DNA of 64,000 nt from Hamiltosporidium tvaerminnensis FI-OER-3-3 (GCA_022605425.2 JAKIMF020000005.1:1-64000); one strand, 5' to 3'; counted from the first letter of the stretch, positions 44,749-55,777 are shown. A program made the numbers and translations. The notes: a model not told the origin generated them from the letters alone.

Positions 44749-46800
44749 AGCCCTATAATTTCCCTAACCCCGGTAGGGAAATACAATTTAATGCTTTAAA
44801 ACATTTATATAAATAATTTAAAATCTTTCTAGTTGGATTTCCCTACTTTACTAACCGATTTAAATATAGTATTATTACCGACGCATGCAAAGTAAAAAAC
44901 CCTAATAATACAAGAGATTTCCCTAACCTAAAATTAAAAAAATAAAGCATTATAAGTAATTATAAAAGAAAAAATTTATTAAATTATGCCTAAAGAATTT
45001 AGGGAGTAAAAAACGTCCCAACGAATAAAGCTATATATTTAATGTAAAGACAGTTTACATTCTTCAATTATAGAGAGCCCTTATCAAAATTGTAATTGCA
45101 AAAATCAAAATTTTTTCCCTATACAATTCCGCTTCCCCCTAACCCTATCTTTTTATACTCTAATACTTCTCTTGAATTACACAATTTAACTATTGTCAAC
45201 CAAATATGTTACCTACCTTTTTTTAGGAAAAAAATTATTTTTAATTTTCCTAACCCTTCTCCCTAACCTGTCCTTTTTTTCCACTAAAAAATTATTTATA
45301 GTTCCTATGCTGTTTTTACTCCTTATTTTTTTTACCAAAAAAGTTTCTGAAAATTCCCTACCAATTGATTACTTCTTTTACCCTAACCCTTCCCTAACCC
45401 TTTTCCTTTCCCTAAACTCAGTAGCTCTTTTCCCTACCAAATGATTTATATTCTACTCTTTCTCTCCAAAAAAAAACTTATTTACCCCTAACTAACTTTT
45501 TCCTATACATATTTTGTTTTTCCTAACTTCCCTAACTTTCTAAACCTTCTTAAATACTTATTTTTTCCTTAACTTTTACTCGTAATAACCTATTGTTTTT
45601 TCTTAACTAGATGTTTTTCTCAATCCTACTAATTTTTCCTTAACCCCACTTGAAGTTTCCCTAACCTAATTATTGTATCAAACATTTTTCTATTTAACAA
45701 ATATTATTTCTAAAACTGATTCTATCTTCTATTTAAAATCATTTCTTTTCGTATAAACAAATTTTCAACCTAACACAATTCTGTTTTCCCAAACCAGGAT
45801 TCTGCTTGCCCTAACTTTATGTTATAACAGACTTTCTTTTTTCCTAACTTTTTTCTTGTTTCCCTACTTTTTTCTGTTTCCCTTAACTTTCCATTAATTT
45901 TTTTTACCAACTGTCCTTTCCCCAACCGATCTTGCAAAAATAGCTGGGGTAAAAAATATAAAAATTTATAATGAATAATTTCCCTACTGAAAAAATAAAA
46001 AAGTGTTTTACCCTAACCTATTGTTATTAAGCGAAGTATTTTCCCTAACCCAAGTACTATCCTAAAGTATGGCACTTCTTTCCTAATTTGTGGCTTATAA
46101 ACATAGTAATTTTTTTTACAAAAAATTTCTTTCATTTTCCCTAACTTATTATAAGAAATTTAAAAAATTTACGTTAAAAACTTCGTTTTTAAAAATAAAA
46201 AGACCCTACGGACACGAAAAAAAAATATAATTAACCTAACTTGCTTTATTAAAAACATTGGGCGAAAGTAGGGAAATATATACCCTAACAAATTTTTAAA
46301 CAGTGAATTATATGAGTAAAGATAAAAAAGGAAATAAAAGAATAATAATGAATTTTTAATTTTCTTCAAAAAAATTCGAGAAAGTTAATAAAGAATTAGA
46401 GAAAATGATTTACCGAATAGAAATATTTAAGAAAACTAGAGATGTCCGTACTGGGAAAATAAAACAATCTCCTATTTAGACAATACCAAAACTTGACCCT
46501 AACCCTAACTGAATTGGTTAGGGGATTTTCTTTATCTTTCACAGGTTCTGAGTTAGGGTAAGGGCCAAACTGATTATTATTGACTTGCTTCTGTAATAAG
46601 TCAAGTGTAAAAGTGAAATTTTTGAATTTTTGGTAGTTATGAGGTTGGGGTCTTCAGATTGTGTTGGGTGAAAAGGTTGGCCTGATAATAAAATAAATTC
46701 AGAATAATGAAAAGATGTTATTGGGTCAGGGTAAAGGGTTGGTAGTTATAATTAAACCGTTCTTATGAATTCTATCATTTTTAGGTTTTTTTTGTTGATA
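44749..46800. repeat. R element copy 3 (divergent), rich in dispersed telomere-like CCCTAAC/GTTAGGG motifs
   Basis: More than 15 CC(C)TAAC motifs from 44763 to 46510, then GTTAGGG near 46517 and 46553. Anchors to copy 1 include tggggtaaaaaa (~45945 vs ~10653). Confidence 0.6.
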
Positions 46801-48455
46801 TTTATTTTTTCTTGTCTATATAGCTACAACATATAATGTTACAAATTGTTACAGACTTTTAACGGTAGTAAGTCAAAAGAGTATCTGAGAAATTTAATTT
46901 ACCGGTATAAAATGTATTGTTTAAATAATTTTGATATCTGTTAGGATTCAAAATCTAAATATAGAATTATTATTTTTTAAAAAAGTTAAAGTTTAAAAAT
47001 CCCAAGGTTTAAATGTCTTTCGTTTCTAAAAACAATTCTAACTTTTTTATTTTAACTATTTTTCAAAATAAAGCCACCATTGGTAAATTAATTCAAAAAA
47101 AATGATTTAATATTATTTATTGGTAAAAACTTTTTATGCCATATCGTAAATCATACAAAAAATTGTAAAACATTGTCTAAGCTATATTTAAAAAATGTGT
47201 TAGTCTAATTACACATATTTACTATTTCTACTATTAAAATAAAAGTATAATATTACTTTAAAAATTCTTTAGTAGAAGATATTGCTACTATACGTTATCA
47301 CCGTATATTTGAATCTAAGCAGATTACACACAATTTCTGAGAAAGCAATAAATTTATGTAAATAAGTCAAAGCTGCTAGAAACAGAAAAAAAATTTTTAA
47401 GACTTCTTTATGAGATATGTTTTAATTAACGGAATAAAAACACGCACTAAAAAATCTAAAGATCTTTTCTTTGTTTCCCTAAACCATAAACCTAAAAATT
47501 AAAAAAAGCAAGAAGCATATATAAACTAGATAGGAGCACATATAAAAGACTTTTTATGATCCCTGTACCTTTACAGGACTTGTTTATTTGTTAAAGGTGA
47601 ATTTGTACCATTTCTTTTACACCCCATTTACGTTGCTCCTGAATTTCTTTCGCGAAATAAACTATATTTGGTGACTTAGAATAATCTTAAATAGAAATTT
47701 TATGGCTTATATAAAACAGAGCCTTTAGACTCTAAATTCCTGCCTGTGCCCCGTTTGTTTTGTTTTAAAAAATAATACTTGTCGGTTAATCTTTGGCAAA
47801 AACCGCTAATCTCAAACTAGGTCAGGGAATAGAAAGAAAAATATGGGAGATACATTGCGTAATACTTTCTTTATATAACAAATCCTATGTAATAGCATTC
47901 AAATTAATTAATTGAAGGAATTTAATGCTTTTCTTGCAAGATAAAATGTAAAAAAAGAAAAATGTTTTTTAAATGGAAATTTAATTAATTTTTTTGGAAA
48001 AGTATATTCAGATAACGAAAAACAATTTCAATGAAAATGTTTTATTTAATCATTTTGTTTTTTTTTGATTAAATTCCCTGTTTTTACAAAATTCTATTTT
48101 TACAAGTTTAGCTTTCTATTCTGAAGTCCGTTTGAATACAGGTATATATCTATTGGATAAGATAAGGTATCTTGGTTCTGCTGAATCTTTTTTTAGTATT
48201 CGGAAAACAAAAAATAATTTGCTATGATTGTAAAGTTTTTAATTAAATAATATTCCTGCGATATTATTTCTGTAACCGTTTGATTTATATTTCTTCAATT
48301 AATATATTACGATATAATGTATTCTTCTTGTTCGTTGTATCTAATTAAATTTATTCGGCTTTGGATTTGTATGTTTCGCTTTTCAAAACTTAGATTACTA
48401 CTGTCGAATCAAAAAAATTCATTAAACTATAAATACGTAGCGAATTTCAGTATTT

Positions 48456-49362
48456 ATGAAAAAAACCGAGAGCTCGGAGTCAGACAATGATCCCACTATT
48501 CCAAGAATCAAATATGTGATTGGGAATCAGGCACCGAAGCTTCCCCATACGCCTAGAAAAAAGAGGGATCCGAATAAACCAAAACTACCCTGTCCGTATT
48601 GTTTCTCGTTAAATACATCGAATAAGGGTACGGGGAAGAACCTTAATGATCCCCGTACCTATTGCAACAGCTGTAAGCGATCTTATAGCACACAAATCGC
48701 TGAGAATTTTGCTTATGCGTTTCAAAATAAAAAGGGTGAAATAAACGAATCGGATAAGTCAAATATCAGTGTAACGAAAAAGACTAGCGATCCGGCTATT
48801 ACTAAGCTTGTGAATTCCCCGCCGGAGGAAGAGTTTACTAATCTAAACCAGTCGAAATTGACCAAAGAACAGATTGCGTTGGTAATTTCAGGTGAATCTC
48901 CGTTTCCTATTACAAAATATATATTTGTTTATTTTACAGGAATCAAACGTAATAGGACAAGGCTGCAAACTTTCCCTGCAATCAATTAATCAAGAAGTTT
49001 CGAGATATATAATAAATTTAGACTTCATAGGGGAAAGTACGCTGGAAGTGATTTGTATAGATAAATACAAATCAAAAATTGTTACATTAATTGAAGGTTT
49101 GCCAGCGACCTACCTAAAAAACAGTCCTGAAATTAATGAGCAGAAACATCTAAATGTTTCTGCTCTGAAAGAACGAATGAAAAAAATCTACCAAAGAAAA
49201 GAAAACAAAAATTTAAGATTAAAAAGATTTGCAGTTCGCTTAAACAAATTAGATGGGGAAGAACTGCTTGAGTTTCTCATGAGCGCCAATATAATGGCCA
49301 AAAGTATTGGCTCGGAAGAGAAACTCAACCCCAATAAAATAAAAAAAAATAATGTTGTATAG
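48456..49362 (+). CDS. LINE ORF1-like protein with a C4 zinc ribbon; predicted join(48456..48881,48940..49362), 282 aa
   Basis: CPYCFSLNTSNKG...RTYCNSCKRSY lies in ORF 48456..48989. ORF 48892..49362 is in another frame. Removing GTAATT...TTTTACAG (48882-48939) fuses them as QIAL|ESNVIG. Confidence 0.6.
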
Positions 49363-50560
49363 TATTGGCTTTTTGAACGTAGGAGGACTTTCGGTTAAAA
49401 AAATAGAAATTATAAATTGTGTTTTATTGGATAATAAATTAGATATATTGGCTCTGGCAGAAACCTGGCGTGATGATATTGATAACTTAAATACAAACTA
49501 TAGGATAGTTGCCAGATTGCTTTCTAAAAAGGTCAAGAAAAGATACTCAAATTCTGAAGGGATACTTATTTTGGCGAGGAAATCTATTTACCCCCAAATA
49601 ATTCCTTCAATCACAGACTTTGGTATCTGTATAAAGATGAATGATACATTACTGATATTCATATATAAGTCACCAGCGGTTTCTGCCTATAAAATTATCA
49701 ATAAAATACCAAGTAAATATGAGGGCTTTGATGTCTTAGCATTGGGTGATTATAATTTGGAAAACTCTGTTGCTTACGAACAAATTGTTCTCGAACAGCA
49801 CGCGGAATTGGGCTTATATGAAACAAAACTGGCACCATTCACATATAAGCACGGCTCCAAAACCTCAACCCCCGATAAGTGCTTTTCCAATTTTAATGTT
49901 TCACCTGTTGTCATTGAAATTGAAAGAATGAATCATAAGCTAATAAAAGTGCAAGTTGGGCGGGTTGGAACGCAATTGGAAACAAATTATAATATAAATT
50001 TTTTGAAAAACGCCGACACACTAAGCGAAGTAAGGAAAAGGATTGAAACACTGACAACTAAGAACGAATTCTTTTTAAATACTCTGCCAATTGACGAAAA
50101 ATTGAATTTGCTGCATAAGATTTTGCTAAAAGCGGCAAGAAAATTGCAAATCAGAAAACAGGTACAGAGGGTATCACATAACCCTATTTTGTCACACTTG
50201 AAAAGATTGAAAAGAAACAAGTCAGCAAATAAGGATGCACATTCGGTGCAATTGTTGAGAAAGGAAATTAGAAGGTTAAGTAGGAAACTTAAACGATTGG
50301 GTGTGGAAGAAGGTAAGGTCAAACATAGTAACTTACAACCTTCCGAGCTGCATAAATTAGTTTGTGGTAGCAGTACAAAAAGAAAAATTTCTGAGAGACA
50401 AATAAAGTTTGCGGAATTGCAATTTAACAAAGAAGACTTGGTCCCTGTGTCTGAAACGAAAAAGAAAATTGAGAAATTCTATTTTAGTATTAACAAAAAA
50501 CAAGACACAAAATGTGACAAATTGACAGGGATTACAATGTGGAGCTATTGGATGAAATAA
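49352..50560 (+). CDS. LINE ORF2 N-terminal part: APE-type endonuclease plus basic linker
   Basis: Motifs FLNVGGL, DILALAETW, GILIL, IYKSP, LGDYN, TY, PDKCF and NH (SDH position) occur in APE order. Confidence 0.9.
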   Translation: MLYSIGFLNVGGLSVKKIEIINCVLLDNKLDILALAETWRDDIDNLNTNYRIVARLLSKKVKKRYSNSEGILILARKSIYPQIIPSITDFGICIKMNDTLLIFIYKSPAVSAYKIINKIPSKYEGFDVLALGDYNLENSVAYEQIVLEQHAELGLYETKLAPFTYKHGSKTSTPDKCFSNFNVSPVVIEIERMNHKLIKVQVGRVGTQLETNYNINFLKNADTLSEVRKRIETLTTKNEFFLNTLPIDEKLNLLHKILLKAARKLQIRKQVQRVSHNPILSHLKRLKRNKSANKDAHSVQLLRKEIRRLSRKLKRLGVEEGKVKHSNLQPSELHKLVCGSSTKRKISERQIKFAELQFNKEDLVPVSETKKKIEKFYFSINKKQDTKCDKLTGITMWSYWMK

Positions 50561-52089
50561 GAAATCTAAAATTGGGTAAGTCGGGGGGTTTGTCGGGCAT
50601 ACGAAATGAACTAATTAAAGCTTGCCCGATGAATTTTATTGGACATTTGAGTGTACTTTTTAACCAAATTATATTGGAGAAGAAAGTACCTATGGCATGG
50701 AAATGCCATAGAATAAGACTTATCAGAAAAGAAAAGAAAAGTTATAGGCTTATTGCGTTGATTGAAGAGACGCGAAAATTGTTTGAAAAGTGTATTCAAA
50801 GAAAGCTTTCATTTAGGCTTTCTACTCGACAGACTGGTTTTAGAGAAAGACATTCTCCAATAGATAATGCTTTGGGTGTTGATCATCTGTTAAGAAAGGG
50901 AGCTGGTAAGTTAATTTGTGTTTCATTAGATATAAAGTCGGCGTTTGATACAGTGTATAGGTGGAATCTTTATAAGAAACTAATTGTTTACCAATGTCTA
51001 TCACTAAATGATACCCTTCTGATAGCGGAGCTTATTGAAAACAATTCGTACGTCTTGGAACATGGAAACAGAAAAATCGATTGTTTTACGGCTTCAAGGG
51101 GTATACCACAGGGAAGTGTGCTTTCACCTAATTTGTATAATGTTTTCATTGATGACCTATTGTTGTATATTCCGCAGAATCTAAGAAAAAATCTGTTTAT
51201 CTACGCTGATGATATTTTTCTATTTGGTGCCACACTAAAACAGATAAGGAAAATTATCAGATGTATACAATTGCATGCATCTGATAACAAGTATGAGCTT
51301 AACCAACAGAAGTGTTTCTACAACGCGAATAAGAGATGCCGTATAGTTGTAAATGGTTCCCCTATAGAAAAACAAAGCCCTATGCATTATTTGGGGTATT
51401 ACTTTAATTTGATGGGAACGGATACCAATTCATCAATAAAAGAAACAAGAAAAAAAAGTTTGAAGGCGGCTATTGTTATGAAGAATGAACTTATTAAAAA
51501 AGTCGGCATAGGTAATAGTGGATATTATAGGCTTCTTTTGAAAGGATATGTGACGTTTATTAGACCACATTTGGATTATACAATGTTTTTATTGGCTGCT
51601 AATAAAACCTATGTTTCAGCAAGTGATAGAATCCAGAAGTCAGTCGTAAAGTATTTGTTTGGTTTGAATCAGAAAATTCCGAGTGCTTTCTTATATGCCT
51701 TGTTACCAATCGAAACGATGATACAAAGATCCAATAGACTTACACTTTCACTTGGTTTGAGACTAATTACGAATATTGATACTGGCTTGTATACTGATTT
51801 GATGCAAAACAATACAAAGAATTTTAAGCATATAAAGAATACCTATGAAAAATATATATATGATACAAGAATAATCCCTATGAAACTGTTGAAAGATTTA
51901 AAAAATAGTTTTCTTAAAGATAATAGAACACTACTGGAACAAATAACTCCCCTTAGATTTTATGATTTCAAAAATATTAGATACAATGATTTTACGAGAT
52001 TATTGAATATTTTAAAGGAAGAAAAATTTATCGAATTACAAGATATTGTTGCGTTTTTTATTGAACAAAGCCGAAACCCTCCTATGTAA
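50539..52089 (+). CDS. LINE ORF2 C-terminal part: non-LTR reverse transcriptase, frameshifted from the APE part
   Basis: Motifs GKSGGLSGI, YRLIAL, QTGFR, LDIKSAFDTV, GIPQGSVLSP, YADD, YLG and YVTFIRPHLDY. Confidence 0.95.
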   Translation: MELLDEIRNLKLGKSGGLSGIRNELIKACPMNFIGHLSVLFNQIILEKKVPMAWKCHRIRLIRKEKKSYRLIALIEETRKLFEKCIQRKLSFRLSTRQTGFRERHSPIDNALGVDHLLRKGAGKLICVSLDIKSAFDTVYRWNLYKKLIVYQCLSLNDTLLIAELIENNSYVLEHGNRKIDCFTASRGIPQGSVLSPNLYNVFIDDLLLYIPQNLRKNLFIYADDIFLFGATLKQIRKIIRCIQLHASDNKYELNQQKCFYNANKRCRIVVNGSPIEKQSPMHYLGYYFNLMGTDTNSSIKETRKKSLKAAIVMKNELIKKVGIGNSGYYRLLLKGYVTFIRPHLDYTMFLLAANKTYVSASDRIQKSVVKYLFGLNQKIPSAFLYALLPIETMIQRSNRLTLSLGLRLITNIDTGLYTDLMQNNTKNFKHIKNTYEKYIYDTRIIPMKLLKDLKNSFLKDNRTLLEQITPLRFYDFKNIRYNDFTRLLNILKEEKFIELQDIVAFFIEQSRNPPM

Positions 52090-52113
52090 TGTTAGTACTT
52101 GGCCATACTAACA
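52090..52113 (+). other. Stem-loop directly after the RT stop codon
   Basis: TGTTAGTA-cttggcca-TACTAACA: a perfect 8-bp stem with an 8-nt loop. Confidence 0.55.
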
Positions 52114-52799
52114 AGAATACTATATAACATTCTTTGGATAAAGTGAATTACATGTTATTAAATAAAGTTTTTTTATTTTATATGCTTTTAGTTTTATTAT
52201 AAATTTATTTTTTATTTAATTATAAAGTTTTTTTAATCTTATTTTATTGTTATATTATAATTTCAAATTTTTTATATCTTAATGTTAAATTAAAATTGTT
52301 TCCTATCTAAAACATTTTTTAATATGTCTTGCAACAATACGTACCTCTTTTTTATTTTTTTTAAACGAAAATTTGAATTTTTTTACTAAGAACTTAATTT
52401 GAATTTTCATTAAAAGTTTTTACCTGATTTTTATATTATCTATTTTGCTTGTTATGGAAATATTGAACTTTTGCTGGTCCAAGGGTTATACCTAAGCTTT
52501 TTTTTCTATTTAAGATAAATAGTGTTATACTCAAATTTCGTTTTTTTTTATTTACTTGAAACAATTTTTTATATTTAGGTATATGATCCATTATTTACAT
52601 GTCTAAAAAGCATTTTTGTTTGTTACCTAAGTCCTTAATTCGGAAAACTTTGGTTTTACTTTTTTTTGGAGAGCATTCTTGATGTTTTTCTTGGATTAAG
52701 TTTAATTGTATTGAAATTAAAATTTTTTATCTGAAAGCAATAAAATAAAATATTTTAAAGGCTTTTATAATAAACTACCTAATTTTTTAGTCAGAAAAT

Positions 52800-53900
52800 A
52801 TTACATTAAACTTTAAATTTTACAAAAAATAAAAGTAAAAACCATATTTTATTTAATTACATTCTCTTCGTCTGGTTTCAGTTATGGAATCTTCTTAATT
52901 CGACATATAAATCTTTAAATTTGTAATATGTAAGATCGAAGGCTATTTACTCTCTAAACTACTATTTTTCTTGTTATATGAACCTTCTAACATTTACGTA
53001 ACTAATAATCTCTTTTGGCATATTTTTATATTTTAGTGTCTTTGGTTTGTTGTTAAATTTAGAATGTCAATAGATTTTTTGTCTTTCTTAGATTTTCTAT
53101 ATAATATATACATTTTTAAAAATAAGTTCTAAAAGTGTTTGCTAAACGGAAGGTTTTGAACAATCTTTATAACGTTACTATAGTCTAAATTGGTGCCTCG
53201 TAATTCAGTTTGTGTCTTTTTGCAATATCTTGGATTTATATTCTTTTCTTTCTTAATCAGCCGGTATTTCTTTCTTAGAACTTGTAAGTATTTTTATTTA
53301 GTTATTAGCTTATCTAATACATGGTTTACATTATTTTTCAAAATTTTATTTTTTTAAACTCAAGACTGGTTTTTTATAACAATTTTATATTTTATAAGAC
53401 GGTTCGAATTTGGTTTTTAAATTTGTTGTCAAAGAAGTTTTAAAGAATGCCTAAACTTTCGTTGGTTTTAGGTGTTTGTAATTTTTTTAAAAGAATTTAC
53501 TTTTCTTAGAAGGTTTTATATGTTTTTTTTAATTTTTAAACTATTTTCTAAATTTATTAGAATGATTTTTACTTATTTACTGGAATTTTTTAGTCGTTAA
53601 GTTTTTTATATCTTTTTACCTGTACTTACAATTTTTTAAAATTTTTTATATGTTTTTACATGTTGCTTTTGTAGTTTTTTACGTTTTCTCTTAAATTTAG
53701 CTGTTTTTTCGTGTTTTTTTACAGCTTTTGGAATTTCCTAAATTTTTTATTTTTTTTTTAAAACTTTTTAAATTTTCAATTTTATAATATTTAGAATTTT
53801 AGACTTGCTTTATGTTTTATCAACTTATTTATTGATAGGTATATCTTCCGAGTGTCTTTTAACGTATTAATAAGATTTTTTTTGTAAAACTGTATACTAA
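52800..53900 (-). pseudogene. Possible decayed Lys-rich ORF
   Basis: The T-rich plus strand gives minus-strand fragments such as PKAVKKHEKTAKFKRKRKKLQKQHVK (~53655-53730). No long open frame. Confidence 0.2.
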
Positions 53901-55384
53901 ATGAACAATTATTTGTTTTTGACAAAAATCTGAAGATTTTTTTAAAAAAATTATCATTTTTGAATTATAGCTCGGTAAATTTAAAATAATTACGCCCGTA
54001 AAATTATCAAAGCCTAAACCTTGTTCAAATTACTTTTAAAAGTGGGTACTTTCACTTTTATAATAAATTATATAAGTTATATATTAGTTTTTTTTTATTA
54101 TATATTTTTTTTATCTTTTTAATAGAGCTAGAATTTTATTCTCGCTACGAAATTCGAAGAATTTCTATAAAAAAATATTTTTTCCAAAAATATTTTATGT
54201 TACCATTCTTAATTACTATTTTCTGTTTTTAGTAAGTAAAAATTTTGGAAAAATTTTTTCAATAGAGTAAATAAAAATATAGATTTGGAAGATTTATGTT
54301 TGGTTTAATAAATTTCGAATAACTTCCATCTTTCAACAAAAATTACTGTAAACTCTTAATTAAGATTGAATTATCCTTTTTTATAACTTAAATTTTAAGT
54401 TCTTTACTCAAAAATAGAAAAGTTAAAGCAAATATTTGCAACTAAAGGTGATATCTCTTTAAATTTAAAATATTGTAAGATTTTAACTTGATTCTGTATG
54501 TAATAGTAGTTATTTTTTGCTGGTTTAAATTTAATTTTTTTTTTATAAAAAATTACTTTTTATTTTTATATCCTATTAAATATGTATTAAACTAACTGAC
54601 AGCATTCATCTTTAAGGAAATTGAATAAAATATAAATCGTAATTCAAATAATGGTAAAAAACATATGTTTTTTGACTATAGTAAAAATAGAAACTTATAT
54701 TTTTATAAGTATTATTAATTTACCTAAAAAGGAAATACATTTGTAAATCTGTAAATATCTTATAAATCTTACTTATATCTAGTTTTTCCAACTTAATAAC
54801 CCTATAGAGAATCAGTAATAAATTGTACTTATAAAATTTTGATTCAAATTTAGGTTTGTTTACACAACGAAAGAAATTTTGGTTTTCTAAAAAAGTAAAT
54901 TTGGTTTTGCATGTTTTGAGTTAAAAAGTTACTTTTTTTTTGAAAGTTATTTTTCTTTAAAAAATTCGAAGAATGTTTTTTGTAGTATCAAATTTTTGTT
55001 GAAAAACTTTTAATGTACGTCAATTTTGAAATAAATCAACAAACCTCTAGATTCTTATGTTTCTTTTCGAAGAAAAGAAAGAGAAGACAAGTAATATAGA
55101 CCCTTTTTGTATTAATTTTCTAAACATTCCTTATTAAATTATTATTTATCATTTAAGCTAAAGAAAATAAGTTTAACATATGAAGAATAAATAAATTTTT
55201 TATTTTTTCACTTGTTAGATACGGATTATAAACGTATTTTGGATATCTACGGTTAAAGCATTTCTTGATATACCTTGGAATTTTATTTTTATATAAAATA
55301 CAATTTATTGACTTTACTTTTCGAAACCATATACTTATTTTTTCTTTCATACTTTTACTTTTTCTATTTATTATATTTTGAATA

Positions 55385-55777
55385 GATATTCTCGAAGAGA
55401 ATATCAAAAGTGTGGTTTTTGTAAGGCTTTTATAATGGATATTCTCAAAGAGAATATCAGAAGTGTCTCTTTAATTATTTTTCTAAAATAGATATTCTCG
55501 AAGAGAATATCAGAATCGAATTTCATGTAATAGGCCTAAGATAAATACGTTCAAAGAGAATATCATATATGTCTCTTTAATTATTTTGGTAAAATAGATA
55601 TTCTCGAAGAGAATATCAAAAGTGTCTCTCTAATAAAGTTAAAGTAGAATTTGGATTTTCGAAGAGAATATCAGAATTGAAGTTCATTTAAAAGACATGG
55701 AGGGATATTCTCGAAGAGAATATTAGAATTGTATTATATTTATTGTATTATTAATGTATATTTATGAAGAGAATATC
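55385..55777. repeat. Array of eight 21-bp palindromes (GATATTCTC-gaa-GAGAATATC) with ~32-bp variable spacers, period ~53 bp
   Basis: Units start at 55385, 55438, 55491, 55544, 55597, 55652, 55704 and 55757. Confidence 0.95.

Larger units (their letters stand above)
48456..52170 (+). mobile_element. Non-LTR retrotransposon (APE-RT LINE), near intact; true termini and target-site duplication not identified
   Basis: Co-oriented ORF1, APE and RT, with visibly higher GC than the flanks. A 3' stem-loop and AATAAA at 52161 follow the RT. Confidence 0.9.

Noticed and set aside
49746-50799. ORFs 49746..49931, 49987..50430 and 50611..50799
   Set aside because: Shadow ORFs overlapping the APE and RT coding sequence.
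55385-55777. Calling the palindrome array a true CRISPR
   Set aside because: No cas genes in the window, spacers are related to each other, and the context is eukaryote-like. Kept as a repeat.
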